Shown: piece after piece, positions 33,101 to 45,044 of the stretch
How positions within the stretch are numbered: position 1 is the first letter of the stretch
How the letters are laid out: each line of letters opens with the position of its first letter
Source of the DNA: Neocallimastix sp. 'constans'
Taxonomy: Eukaryota
Length of the DNA stretch: 64,000 bases
Assembly: GCA_050613775.1 (NCBI GenBank)
Contig: JBODTK010000116.1
Location: 124,001 to 188,000, forward strand
Direction of reading: 5' to 3'
Position numbers and translations under genes: made by a program
The notes under the pieces: model-generated
Database searches by the model: none
What the model was told of the DNA's origin: nothing
The model's input: only the letters and a program-made list of their open reading frames with translations

Positions 33101-36100
33101 TATATAAAAATTTAATGAAGATTAACTGTGAAGATGAATATGTGCAGTATTATAAAATCACTCCATTGATGATTGCATGCATTAAAGGAAATGTTAAGAT
33201 GGTCAAGTATTTAATAGATGATGGCGCTAATGTTAATGATATCGGTAAAAATAACTTAACTTCATTAATGATTGCATGCCAATATAATAATTATGACATA
33301 ATAAAATTATTAATTGAAAATGACGCTAACATAAATATTCCATATAATTCATCTTCAATGCCATGGATTATTCATAAAAATAATCCATCAAATATTGATT
33401 TTAGTAAGGTCAATCATGAACGATATACATCACTTCTTTATGTTTGCCATCATCAAAATATTAAAGTTATTAAATATTTAATTAGTCATGGAGCAAATAT
33501 TAATATTAGTTCTTATGATGAGGATACCATATTTTCAATTTGTAAGGGTGAAAATAGAATAAATTTATTAAGATATATTATAAAATATAATAATAATAAT
33601 AACCAAAGTATAAGTAAAACAGCGTTTTATTATTATTTGGAAAAAGAAAATTTAAAAGAAATAAAATTTCTTTTAGAAAATGTAGAAGAAATTAATGAAT
33701 TAATAAAATATGAAAATTCTTTATTATTATTAGCATTTAAACATCATGATAAGCAATTTATAAAATATTTAATACAAAATAAAGCAGATATTAAATCAAT
33801 TAATAAATATATAGGTTCTTTGGTATTATCAACATTTAAAGAAAATAATGGAGAACTTCTAAATAGTATAATGATGGAAAAAAATAATATTGATGATAAT
33901 TATTTGAAAACTTTTATTTCATCATTAATATTGTTAGTATGTAAAGAAAATGATGTAAAATTTTTGGATTTTTTAAATATAAATTATATTCCAAATATTA
34001 ATGATTATATGAATAAAAATGAGAATACGTTATTAATGAAAGCTTGTCAAAATAATCAAATGGATCTAGTTAAATATTTAGTAGAACACAATGCTGATAT
34101 AAATGAACAATCAGATATTGGAAATACAGCGTTAATGTTTGCCTGTGAGAATGGACATGAAGCAATTGTAAAATATTTATTAAAGAATAAATGCGATATC
34201 AATATATGTAATCATTATGGGTTATCATCATTGGATAAAGCGTGTATGTACAATCATACAAAAATATTTATTTTTTTAATTAAATCTGGAGCAAAAATAA
34301 TACGTTCGCATGATAAATTTAAAAAAACTATTCTAATGATGGCATGTGAATTTGGTAGTATTGAAATGGTTCGTTATTTAATCGATTTTGGGGTTGATGT
34401 TAATGTAATGAATATCAAACGACAAACAGCTTTAATATATGCTTGTAAAAGAGGAAACTATGAAATGGTAAAATATTTAATTGATCATGGTGGTGATAAT
34501 AATATTATATCGCAGTATGGAAATACGGCATTATCTTACGCTTGTGAATGTAGTAACGATAGAATTGTTAAATTATTAATAGATCATCAGAGTTTATTAA
34601 ATATTCATGGTAAATACGGTGAAACTGAGTTTATTAAAGGTTGTAAAAATAACAATATAAAAATAATAAAATATTTAATTAAAGCAAAAGTAAATGTTAA
34701 TGTTAGAGACAGTTGTGGATATACTGGATTAATGAGGGCATGTGAAAATGGAAATTATGAAATTGTTAACTTTATCATCGAAAATGGTGCTAATATTCAT
34801 TTATGCAATGATTATGGATATAATGCTTTAATATTATCATGTGATGATGATAATAAAATAAAAATTATTCAAAGATTGATTCAATGTGGTATTGATATTT
34901 ATCATAGAACAAAAAAAGGAGGATATACTGGATTGCTGCTGGCATGTGAAAATAAGCAATATAAGATTGCGAAATATTTAATTGAAAATGGGGCTAATGT
35001 TAATTGTCATAATTACCAACGTATTACACCATTAATGAAGTCATTAATTTCAGAAAATTATGAATTTAGTAAATATTTAATTGAGCATGGTGCCAGTCTC
35101 TATAGTATTGATAAAAATGGTAAATCAGCACTTGATTATTGCATTTCTAATAAAAATTTCGATATGATTAAATATTTAATTGAAAATGATTTAGTTCATG
35201 AAATTCAAAGTATTTATAATTCTATAAAATATAACCAAGATAAAGAAAATGATCTTATAAAATTGATTTCATATTTAATTGAAAATGGTGCAAATATTAA
35301 TTCGTCCTGTAATATTTTAAATGATGCGTGTATAAATGGTAATTTAAAAATGATAAAATTAATGATAGACTATGGAATGCATTCTGGAATAAATTTAGCA
35401 TTTAATTCATTATTTTTTGAAAATATATATTTATTAGAAAATGAAGAGATTGATGAAAGATATTACGAAATACTTCAATATTTTATTGAATATGGTGCTG
35501 ATATTAATGAAGGTGAAATGAATGGTGGAATGACTGCATTAATGTATGCATGCAAACATATTAATATAAAAATATTTAAAATATTATTAGAACATGGTGC
35601 TGATGTTAAGAAAACAGACCATTACGGAAGAAGAGCTCTTGATATAATCTTTTATGAAGTGGATTATTGGAATTTGACTAAGAAAAAGCAAAGTAGTTAT
35701 TTTGAAATTTTAAAACAATTAATTGATAATGGTAGCAATATTAATGAATTGAATATGGATGGAGAAAATCCTTTAATAATAACCTGTAGATCAGGTAATT
35801 TTAAAATATTTAAATTTTTAATCGAAAATGGTGCTAATATTGATGTTAAAAATAGTGAACAAGAATCCCTACTATATATAGCTTGCAAGCATGGTCATTT
35901 TAAATTTGTAAAGTATTTAATAGAGAATGGTGCTAATATAAATGAAATAACAATTAATAAAGAAACACTTTTACATGTAGCATGTAAATTCGATTGTTTT
36001 GATATTGTCAAATATTTAATTAATAATAATATTAGTAATATTAATATTAATTCAATTACAGATGATCATAATACTGCGTTATCTTATTCTTGTAAAAATA

Positions 36101-36795
36101 ATAATTATAAAATCACAAAATTTTTAATTGATCATGGGGCCAATATAGCATTCAATGATGAAAAAGAAAATGAAGAAATACAAATAAAACGAAATAATAA
36201 AAATTTACCATTGTATTTAGCAATTGAAAATAAAAATTTCAAAATATTTAAATTACTAATTGAACATGAATCTAATTCTCAAGACATTAAATATACAAAT
36301 TTTAAAATCAATGATTTATATAATGATGATAAAAGATCAAAAATTATTAATTATTTAATTGAAAACGGATATTCTATTCTATGTAAGAATGAAAATGAAA
36401 ACGAAAATGAAAATGAAAATGAAAATGAAAATGAAAATGAAAATGAAAATGAAAATGAAAATGAAAATGAAAATGAAAATGAAAATGAAAATGAAAATGA
36501 AAATGAAAATGAAAATGAAAATGAAAATGAAAATGAAAATGAAAATGAAAATGAAAATGAAAATGAAAATGAAAATGAAAATGAAAATGAAAATGAAAAT
36601 GAAAATGAAAATGAAAATGAAAATGAAAATGAAAATGAAAATGAAAATGAAAATGAAAATGAAAATGAAAATGAAAATGAAAATGAAAATGAAAATGAAA
36701 ATGAAAATGAAAATGAAAATGAAAATGAAAATGAAAATGAAAATGAAAATGAAAATGAAAATGAAAATGAAAATGAAAATGAAAATGAAATTTGA
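30139..36795 (+). CDS. Large intronless ankyrin-repeat protein (2218 aa) with C-terminal (EN)n tract
   Basis: Uninterrupted 6.6-kb ORF with dozens of G-x-TPLxxAC...IVKYLIxxGADIN repeats; no catalytic domain recognised. Confidence 0.92.
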   Translation: MKLTEINQNMKKKFIKRVKEVLTLSEKSDDLNNFISFLKNNEDKLCINDINSKDFDLLIFAINNKCSIHLIEYIIKNCKKYRKTLNYETEQGEIPLFSAFINAIPEKLINDKSIFQLHKINLLVVNILVKNGANINFSNKKGENLLIYLYNKGLLNNYFFSILYNKRINVSYFLEKLYYSSFKNSNDNCIENSIENVNKNNNLITETDNFILKNDFNKYLKIIINEYNKYMEEYILNLIQFSKNKIGISTSQIKNLFNNIKKNTIQIPLLFLNELINKEKYEYIKDLKNNNIKLFNNKFQIDFCTYKKLKIYLKQFNAETSYLSIDYNKEELYNCFNNRDYEKANFILDQGFDLNYENHVCDNYYNNFIKACKNLNFKFIKYLVKHGNNINHIENCYYCNEPKNGLFFLLSRLNSIVSYNSNTTVTTTTNNNNNNNNISTNTITNNNKNRIKSIIKYLLNHNGLLYEEIMNECTNIKMNNVKFYEYLIEYGLDLYQELIENQNNYVNTKYLIDYSSSNVYYPLCTYINLNNIEIIRYILKSKNKPILFRENPKNYYNFLNYILCKENNTNTSLKNLINNKIDFNNQIPLYKNKRKETILIEACNSNNIEMVKYLIKNNTDINKADNIGNTPLIIASRNGFFDIIEYLVKHGADVNMSNNKKDTPLLIACENMHYQIVKYFLKQKCNINMCNIYGCTPLILAYRNKWLDIVEILIKRNAKINPNDNDNIDKLLHKIHKNYQMNNIAYCNYKNILLIFACKNGNLEMIKYYLEQGADINFNNVYDNNNTPLIILCHYGYYKVIKFLINNKNYYNMNIDINKSNKFGETPLMIACENNKIRIVKFLIDHGADINLINTIGFNSLMVSCYNGHRKIVEYLLSLGMSVNFCDLEGFTPLMVACINNHLHIVKDLIKSGANINQMNIYGINSLMISCGNGYFRIAEYLILNNAVIDNILISNYEEEKLKQLIKKDEIEYFVDILQKKIISEIDIYKNLMKINCEDEYVQYYKITPLMIACIKGNVKMVKYLIDDGANVNDIGKNNLTSLMIACQYNNYDIIKLLIENDANINIPYNSSSMPWIIHKNNPSNIDFSKVNHERYTSLLYVCHHQNIKVIKYLISHGANINISSYDEDTIFSICKGENRINLLRYIIKYNNNNNQSISKTAFYYYLEKENLKEIKFLLENVEEINELIKYENSLLLLAFKHHDKQFIKYLIQNKADIKSINKYIGSLVLSTFKENNGELLNSIMMEKNNIDDNYLKTFISSLILLVCKENDVKFLDFLNINYIPNINDYMNKNENTLLMKACQNNQMDLVKYLVEHNADINEQSDIGNTALMFACENGHEAIVKYLLKNKCDINICNHYGLSSLDKACMYNHTKIFIFLIKSGAKIIRSHDKFKKTILMMACEFGSIEMVRYLIDFGVDVNVMNIKRQTALIYACKRGNYEMVKYLIDHGGDNNIISQYGNTALSYACECSNDRIVKLLIDHQSLLNIHGKYGETEFIKGCKNNNIKIIKYLIKAKVNVNVRDSCGYTGLMRACENGNYEIVNFIIENGANIHLCNDYGYNALILSCDDDNKIKIIQRLIQCGIDIYHRTKKGGYTGLLLACENKQYKIAKYLIENGANVNCHNYQRITPLMKSLISENYEFSKYLIEHGASLYSIDKNGKSALDYCISNKNFDMIKYLIENDLVHEIQSIYNSIKYNQDKENDLIKLISYLIENGANINSSCNILNDACINGNLKMIKLMIDYGMHSGINLAFNSLFFENIYLLENEEIDERYYEILQYFIEYGADINEGEMNGGMTALMYACKHINIKIFKILLEHGADVKKTDHYGRRALDIIFYEVDYWNLTKKKQSSYFEILKQLIDNGSNINELNMDGENPLIITCRSGNFKIFKFLIENGANIDVKNSEQESLLYIACKHGHFKFVKYLIENGANINEITINKETLLHVACKFDCFDIVKYLINNNISNININSITDDHNTALSYSCKNNNYKITKFLIDHGANIAFNDEKENEEIQIKRNNKNLPLYLAIENKNFKIFKLLIEHESNSQDIKYTNFKINDLYNDDKRSKIINYLIENGYSILCKNENENENENENENENENENENENENENENENENENENENENENENENENENENENENENENENENENENENENENENENENENENENENENENENENENENENENENENENENENENENENENENENENENENEI
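36391..36786 (+). repeat. (GAAAAT)66 hexanucleotide microsatellite in frame at the 3' end of the ankyrin ORF
   Basis: 396 bp, one variant unit (GAAAAC); encodes (EN)66 just before EI-stop. Confidence 0.97.
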
Positions 36796-37813
36796 ATGAA
36801 AAATTAACATGAATATAAATATAAATTTAGATTTATTAATAAAAATAGTTTTTTATTTTTAATATATTTATGTGATAAAATAATATAAATACTTTTTATA
36901 ACTTTTTTTCTACTGTTGTTTTTAATATCAGATGTCCAGGTACCTTGCTTCCAAGAACCTTCTAAATAATTTGAACTAATAACTTTATTGATAATATTAA
37001 ATTTTCCAATATCAATACTAATACCATATCTTAATAGTTCCTTACCATAGATAAGATTATTAGTTGGATTAAACTGACTTTACGAGTTGTAAGGAATAGA
37101 GATTCTTTATTCAATGTATGGGACATTAATTAAATTCTTGATAACTGTATTAAAAATTTTTTTATTATATTTTGCTTAATTGCATATTTTAATTTTTGAA
37201 ATACCACATTATTATGTGCCTGTCATCTTTATAATAATTTAAATCCTCATCATTATAATAACTTTCTTATTCTTAATGACGTTATTTTCAACAAGCCTGT
37301 TGATATATCTCATTTAAAAAGTTTTTTTTTTTTTTACTCGTATTACTTTTTATAATAATCCTTAGAAAAAATAAACTTGAAAATAATACAAAACCTGACA
37401 TTTTAAATAAAGAAAAGTTATTTGTTTTTATAATATAAAATTTTAATGTATCTTTATAATATATTTTATAATTATTTTTTTTATTATTATTATTATTATT
37501 ATAAATAAAAATATATTTGTTTTATTATTATATAATTGAATAATGATTAATTTATTTATTTATTATTAAAATTAGATAAAATAAAAAAATTTTACATAAG
37601 TATTAGAAATTATTTTTTTTATTTTTTTTTTTTTTTTTAAAATCAAATTAAAAATGTTAAAAATAAATTTTTTGTTTAAAAAAAAAAAAAATTTATATTT
37701 TATATTTAGATATAATGTTCTATATTATAAAAATTTATATTATTTTATTACCATAAAAAATAATAATAATAATAATAATAATAAAAAATAATACAATATG
37801 TTTAAAAGAAAAA

Positions 37814-37848
<35 letters not shown>

Positions 37849-38064
37849 AAAATGAATTATAAAATTCATTCAAAAAAAAAATTTTTTTTTTTTTTTGAAC
37901 TTTTCATAATATGTATTAATTTGAATAATAGAGGTTATCATTGATTTAGATTTTTAAATCAATGATAACCTCTATTATTCAAACACTAATGGTTAGGTTT
38001 AATAATAAAATTCAAAAAAAAAAAGAAATTCAAAAAAAAAAAGAAAATATATATATATGTATAT

Positions 38065-38096
<32 letters not shown>

Positions 38097-39995
38097 ATAT
38101 TTCTTCAAAATATATATAAATATAAGGATGTAGTGCATTTCAGAACAAAGCTTTAAATGAAATGTGACGTATTTTAATAAACTGTTGATGTAAGGATGCT
38201 TAAATTATTTTTAATCAATAAATAAAAATATTTAAATTTATTATAAATAATAAAATAATATCTAATAATATTTAATTTTTAAAAAAAAAAAAATATGATT
38301 AAATATTATTAAAACAACAGATATTAAAATATTTTTTTATTTAAAATTAATAATATTTAATAATATTTCATTTTAAAGTCCTATTTTAATATTTTTTATT
38401 AAAATAATAAAAAAATAATATTTAAAACAATTTTTTTAATACATTTTGTTAAAAATAATATTTAATAGTATTTAATTTTAAAGTTATATTTTATTATTTT
38501 TGGTTAAAATAATAATAATATTTAATAATATTTGATTTATTTATTATAAATAATGTATTTATGTGAAAATTTTTTCTGTTTAAAATTAAAAAAAAAAAAA
38601 AAAAAAAAAAAATTAACCCATTATTTCTATTTTTACTGATTTATTTACAATTATTTAAAAAAAAATAAAAATGTGGTGCGTTAAACTCTGAAATAAATTT
38701 TTATTTATAAGTCACGTTCCGAAATGCAACATTCCCTAAAAAAAAAAATCATAATTTAAAATAATAAAAAAAATATTATAAACAAATAATAAATTATAGA
38801 ATAAAGTTTCTTAAATTTAAATATTATATTAGTAATTTAATGATTATACCTTATATATTATAAATAAAATATTAATTTATTATTTTCTTAATAAAATTGT
38901 TTTTTTTTTTTTTTTTTTTTTTTTGAAAGAATAAAACTTCCCAATTTTAAAAAATTTTATTTATTTTTATTGATTATAATATTCATATTAATAATTTGTT
39001 AATATTACTATGAATATTATAATTAAGCCCAATTGGATAAATATTATATATAAACCTTTTTTGTTGCTTTTTTCAATTGAAATTAAAAATGAAATATTAA
39101 TTATTATTAATATATAAAAAATATGAAATCTATTATTTTTATAATCATTTATATTTGCTATTATTAAAACATTTAATTTATTGATAATTAATAAAAATAT
39201 TTAATTATATTGTATTTTTAAATTTTAAAAAAAAAAAAAATTGGTATTTTTAATATTTAATTTTTATAAAGAATGAATATTATTTATTTTAAATAAACTA
39301 ATATTTATATATGTAATTTATTTAGTATAAATTATTGAAATAATTTTATTATATTTCATATAATATTTATATTATATCATTATATGTAGAGTTACACATA
39401 TAAATGTGATACATTAAAAGTTACGCATTAAATAAATAAAATATAATTAATATAATTATCAATGTAAATATTAAAATAAATAATAAAAAATAATAAATAA
39501 ATCATAAAAAAATATTTGCTAAAATTTTTAGTTAAGGATTATTGTTATAAAAATAAAATACGAAATTGATCTAGAATAAAAAAGTTTAATACTTTTAAAA
39601 ATATTGATTTATCTTTAAATAAAAATTTTATATATTATTTTTTTTATTAATTGATAAATTAAGTATATATCTTATCATAAAAATATGAAATTTAATTTAA
39701 ATATAATATGAAATATAAATATATAAATAAACAATAATATAATTATTATTAAACAATAATCAAAATCTATTGTTATATATTTTAATAAAAAATTTTATTA
39801 TATGATAACTTTAAAAATTAATATTTTTATCCAAGTAAATTCTTTTTATATTTAATTGCTAAAAAATATAAAAGAGTCAATTTTTTCTTTCAAATATATT
39901 TTATTTAAACAATTATATTTATAATAATATAATTATTAATTATAAATAGAAATTAAAAAATTAAATTTAAATCAAAGTTAATAATATAATTCAAA

Positions 39996-40640
39996 ATGAA
40001 ATTCCAAACCGCTTTAGTTTTTGCTGTTGCTGCTTCTTTTGCTTTCGCTCAAGTTTCTGATGTTGAAGATGATGTTAGTAATGATTTAACTGATAAGAGT
40101 AACGAATCTGATGTTGAAGAAACTCCAAAAATTATTAAAGTTTCAAAATCTTCAACAATTCCAAAAAGTAGTGATGATGATAATGAGACCGAAGATACTC
40201 CAGATAATGAATTAGATACTGAATTAGATACTCCAGCTGATGATGACAAAACTGATGATGACAAAACTGAAACTGAAATTGACACTCCAGCTGATGATGA
40301 CAAAACTAAAAATGATGAAACTGAAGATGATAAGCCAGCTGATGATACAGCTGATGCTGAAAATTCCGATGATTATGGAGATGATAATAATAAACTTGAA
40401 GATTCAACAGATGGTGCAGAAGATTCAGATGATTACCAAGATGAAGGTAATTCAGTTGATGATTTAGATGCACCATCAGCAGCAGCTGAAGAATCAGAAG
40501 AAGAAGAAGATAATAGTAACACAATTGTTGCTGGAGCAGCCGCCGGAGCAGCAGCAGCAGCTGCAGGTATTTTCGTCTGGATCAAAAGATCTAAGCAAGA
40601 TAACATAGAAGATGTTCGTTCTCAATTTAACATGGCATAA
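39996..40640 (+). CDS. Acidic low-complexity type I membrane (surface) protein, tandem copy 1 (214 aa)
   Basis: Signal peptide MKFQTALVFAVAASFAFA, D/E/T-rich ectodomain, TM TIVAGAAAGAAAAAAGIFVWI, tail KRSKQDNIEDVRSQFNMA; intronless. Confidence 0.9.
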   Translation: MKFQTALVFAVAASFAFAQVSDVEDDVSNDLTDKSNESDVEETPKIIKVSKSSTIPKSSDDDNETEDTPDNELDTELDTPADDDKTDDDKTETEIDTPADDDKTKNDETEDDKPADDTADAENSDDYGDDNNKLEDSTDGAEDSDDYQDEGNSVDDLDAPSAAAEESEEEEDNSNTIVAGAAAGAAAAAAGIFVWIKRSKQDNIEDVRSQFNMA

Positions 40641-42299
40641 ATAATTTAAGAATACTAAAATTTATAGATATTTTCATTTTGATTTATATTATTAATTATT
40701 ATGAAAAAAAATATACATAATAGAAAAGATTAAACCTAAAATTAATTAAAAAAAAATTAAAAGTATTAATTTAAGATAATAAATAAAGAAATAATAAAAA
40801 ATGATTATGAAAAAAAATATACATAATAGAAAAGATTAAACCTAAAATTAATTAAAAAAAAATTAAAAGTATTAATTTAAGATAATAAATAAAGAAATAA
40901 TAAAAAATGATAACATTAATATAAGATTTTAAATAAAATAATAATTAAAAAGTTATAAAGCATTAATTTAAGATTTTAAATAAAATAATAATAAAAAATG
41001 ATAACATTAATATATGATTTTAAATGAAATAATAATAAAAAATGATTGAGATATTTAATAAGAAGTCATCTTTATATTATTTAATATATTTGTGTAATAA
41101 TATTTTGTATATTCTTTTTATTTGTAATTAAAAATGTTTATTTTATAATTATTAAATTATAAAATAATCGTTTATAGAGATTATAAAAATTAAAAAATTT
41201 ACCAAAATAATATTTGAAACTACTTTAATTTTTCAATTTTTATAATCTCCATAAACGATTATTATATAATTTAATAATTATAAAATGAAGTATTTTTAAA
41301 TATTATTTTGGTAAATTTTTTTTTAAGTGAAATTAATTGGAAAAATTTATAAATGTAATTTCTATTATAATAAAAATAATATTTAATTTTAATATTATAA
41401 ATTATTGGAATAGTAATATATTTTACATGACATACAGGGGTAATTTATTTAATAGTTCAAAAATTATGATATATAATTAAATTTATGTATTAGAATAAAA
41501 TAAAATAAGTAAAATAATAAATATATTCATTAATAAAATAAATTTATGACATATCATTAAATTTATGTATTAGAATAAAATAACTAAATAATAAACATAT
41601 TCATTAATAAAATAATTAAATAATAGTTATAATAATTAATAATAATAATAAATAATTAATATAATAAATATAATTAGTAATAAAATAAAATAATTAAAAT
41701 AATAAATATAATAATTATTAAAAAATGTGTGTAATACTATATATATTATAAAAATAATATAAAATATGAATTTGATCTAGAAAATATTTACATTTTTTTA
41801 TATTTTAATTAAATAAATTAAAAAATATTTATTAACATTATTTTACTGAAATCTATTATAATTTTAAATATTATTTTTTAATATATATATATTAATATCT
41901 TTAAATATAAATTATATAAATCTATATAATATATTTTTTTCACAACTATATTAATATATATTTATATATTAAATTTCATAATTTTATTGATAAAATATAT
42001 TTTATAAATATATTAAATTAATAATAAAATTTATTTAAACAATAATAATATATTTATAAATTTTTAAATTATTTTTAATTTAAAATAATTTTATTATTTG
42101 ATAATTTTAAAAATTATATTTATTTTATATAAAGTAATTTCTTTTTATATTTAATTGCTAAATAATATAAAAGAGTCAGTTTTTTCTTTCAAATATATTT
42201 TATTTAAATTAAACAATTATATTTTTAATAATATAATTATTAATTATATATAGAAATTAAAAATTTAAATTTAAATAAAAGTTAATAATATAATTCAAA

Positions 42300-42890
42300 A
42301 TGAAATTCCAAACCGCTTTAGTTTTTGCTGTTGCTGCTTCTTTTGCTTTCGCTCAAGTTTCTGATGTTGAAGATGATGTTAGTAATGATTTAACCGATAA
42401 GAGTAACGAATCTGATGTTGAAGAAACTCCAAAAATTATTAAAGTTTCAAAATCTTCAACAATTCCAAAAAGTAGTGATGACGATAATGAGACCGAAGAT
42501 ACTCCAGATAATGAATTAGATACTGAATTAGATACTCCAGCTGATGATGACAAAACTAAGAATGATGAAGCTGAAGATGATAAACCAGCCGATGATACAG
42601 CTGATGCTGAAAATTCTGATGATTATGGAGATGATAATAATAAACTTGAAGATTCAACAGATGGTGCAGAAGATTCAGATGATTACCAAGATGAAGGTAA
42701 TTCAGTTGATGATTTAGATGCACCATCTGCAGCAGCTGAAGAATCAGAAGAAGAAGAAGATAATAGTAACACAATTGTTGCTGGAGCAGCCGCCGGAGCA
42801 GCAGCAGCAGCTGCAGGTATTTTCGTCTGGATCAAAAGATCTAAACAAGATAACATAGAAGATGTTCGTTCTCAATTTAACATGGCTTAA
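42300..42890 (+). CDS. Acidic type I membrane protein, tandem copy 2 (196 aa)
   Basis: Same protein lacking one 18-aa internal repeat unit (54-bp in-frame deletion). Confidence 0.9.
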   Translation: MKFQTALVFAVAASFAFAQVSDVEDDVSNDLTDKSNESDVEETPKIIKVSKSSTIPKSSDDDNETEDTPDNELDTELDTPADDDKTKNDEAEDDKPADDTADAENSDDYGDDNNKLEDSTDGAEDSDDYQDEGNSVDDLDAPSAAAEESEEEEDNSNTIVAGAAAGAAAAAAGIFVWIKRSKQDNIEDVRSQFNMA

Positions 42891-44384
42891 ATAATTTAAA
42901 ATATTAAAATATATAGATATTTTCATTTTGATTTATATTATTAATTATTATGAAAAAAAAATTATACATAATAGAAAAGATTAAACCTAAAAATAATTAA
43001 AAAAAATTAAAGCATTAATTTAAGATAATAAATAAAGAAATAATAAAAAATGATAACATTAATATAAGATTTTAAATAAAATAATAATTAAAAAGTTATA
43101 AAGCATTAATTTAAGATTTTAAATAAAATAATAATAAAAAATGATAACATTAATATATGATTTTAAATGAAATAATAATAAAAAATGATTGAGATATTTA
43201 ATAAGAAGTCATCTTTATATTATTTAATATATTTGTGTAATAAAATATTGTATATTCTTTTTATTTATAATTAAAAATGTTTATTTTATAATTTAATAAT
43301 TATAAAATAAACGTTTATTGAGATTATAAAAATTAAAAAATTTACCAAAATAATATTTGAAACTACTTTAATTTTTAAATTTTTATAATCTCCATAAACG
43401 ATTATTATATAATTTAATAATTATAAAATAAAGTAGTTTTAAATATTATTTTGGTAAATTTTTTTTTTAAAGTGAAATTAATTGGAAAAATTTTTAAATA
43501 TAATTTTTATTATAATAAAAATAATATTTAATTTTAATATTATAAATTATTGGAATAGTAATATATTTTACATGACATACAGGGGTAATTTATTTAATAG
43601 TTCAAAAATTATGATATATAATTAAATTTATGACATATCATTAAATTTATGTATTAGAATAAAATAAAATAAGTAAAATAATAAATATATTCATTAATAA
43701 AATAATTAAATAATAAATATAATAATTAATAATAATAATAAATAATTAATATAATAAATATAATTAGTAAAAAAATAAAATAATTAAAATAATAAATATA
43801 ATAATTATTAAAAAATGTGTGTAATACTATATATATTATAAAAAATAATATAAAATATGAATTTGACCTAGAAAATATTTATATTTTTTTATATTTTAAT
43901 TAAATAAGTTAAAAAATATTTATTAACATTATTTTACTGAAATCTATTATAAATTTAAATATTATTTTTTAATATATATATATTAATATCTTTAAATATA
44001 AATTATATAAATCTATATAATATATTTTTTTTCACAACTATATTAATATATATTTATATATTAAATTTCATAATTTTATGATAGAAGTATATTTTATTAA
44101 TATATTAAATTAATAATAAATTTTATTTAAACAATAATATATTTATTAATTTTTAAATTATTTTTAATTTAAAATAATTTTATTATTTGATAATTTTAAA
44201 AATTATATTTTTTATCCAAGTAAATTCTTTTTATATTTAATTGCTAAAAATATAAAAGAGTCAATTTTTTCTTTCGAATATATTTTATTTAAATTAAACA
44301 ATTATATTTATAATAATATAATTATTAATTATAAATAGAAATTAAAAAATTAAATTTAAATCAAAGTTAATAATATAATTCAAA

Positions 44385-45044
44385 ATGAAATTCCAAACCG
44401 CTTTAGTTTTTGCTGTTGCTGCTTCTTTTGCTTTCGCTCAAGTTTCTGATGTTGAAGATGATGTTAGTAATGATTTAACTGATAAGAGTAACGAATCTGA
44501 TGTTGAAGAAACTCCAAAAATTATTAAAGTTTCAAAATCTTCAACAATACCAAAAAGTAGTGATGACGATAATGAGACCGAAGATACTCCAGATAATGAA
44601 TTAGACACTGAATTAGATACTCCAGCTGATGATGACAAAACTGATGATGACAAAACTGAAACAGAAATTGACACTCCAGCTGATGATGACAAAACTAAGA
44701 ATGATGAAACTGAAGATGAAACTAAGAATGATGAAACACCAGCTGATGATACAGCTGATGCTGAAAATTCTGATGATTATGGAGATGATAATAATAAACT
44801 TGAAGATTCAACAGATGGTGCAGAAGATTCAGATGATTACCAAGATGAAGGTAATTCAGTTGATGATTTAGATGCACCATCAGCAGCAGCTGAAGAATCA
44901 GAAGAAGAAGAAGATAATAGTAACACAATTGTTGCTGGAGCAGCCGCCGGAGCAGCAGCAGCAGCTGCAGGTATTTTTGTTTGGATCAAAAGATCTAAGC
45001 AAGATAACATAGAAGATGTTCGTTCTCAATTTAACATGGCTTAA
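44385..45044 (+). CDS. Acidic type I membrane protein, tandem copy 3 (219 aa)
   Basis: Same protein with a duplicated TKNDET segment (net +5 aa). Confidence 0.9.
   Translation: MKFQTALVFAVAASFAFAQVSDVEDDVSNDLTDKSNESDVEETPKIIKVSKSSTIPKSSDDDNETEDTPDNELDTELDTPADDDKTDDDKTETEIDTPADDDKTKNDETEDETKNDETPADDTADAENSDDYGDDNNKLEDSTDGAEDSDDYQDEGNSVDDLDAPSAAAEESEEEEDNSNTIVAGAAAGAAAAAAGIFVWIKRSKQDNIEDVRSQFNMA

Noticed and set aside
36359..36810. (MK)n and (FI)n ORFs
   Set aside because: Alternative frames of the GAAAAT microsatellite.
40525..40570. Prion-protein-like AGAAAAGA similarity in the TM segment
   Set aside because: Low-complexity Ala/Gly convergence; no other PrP features.
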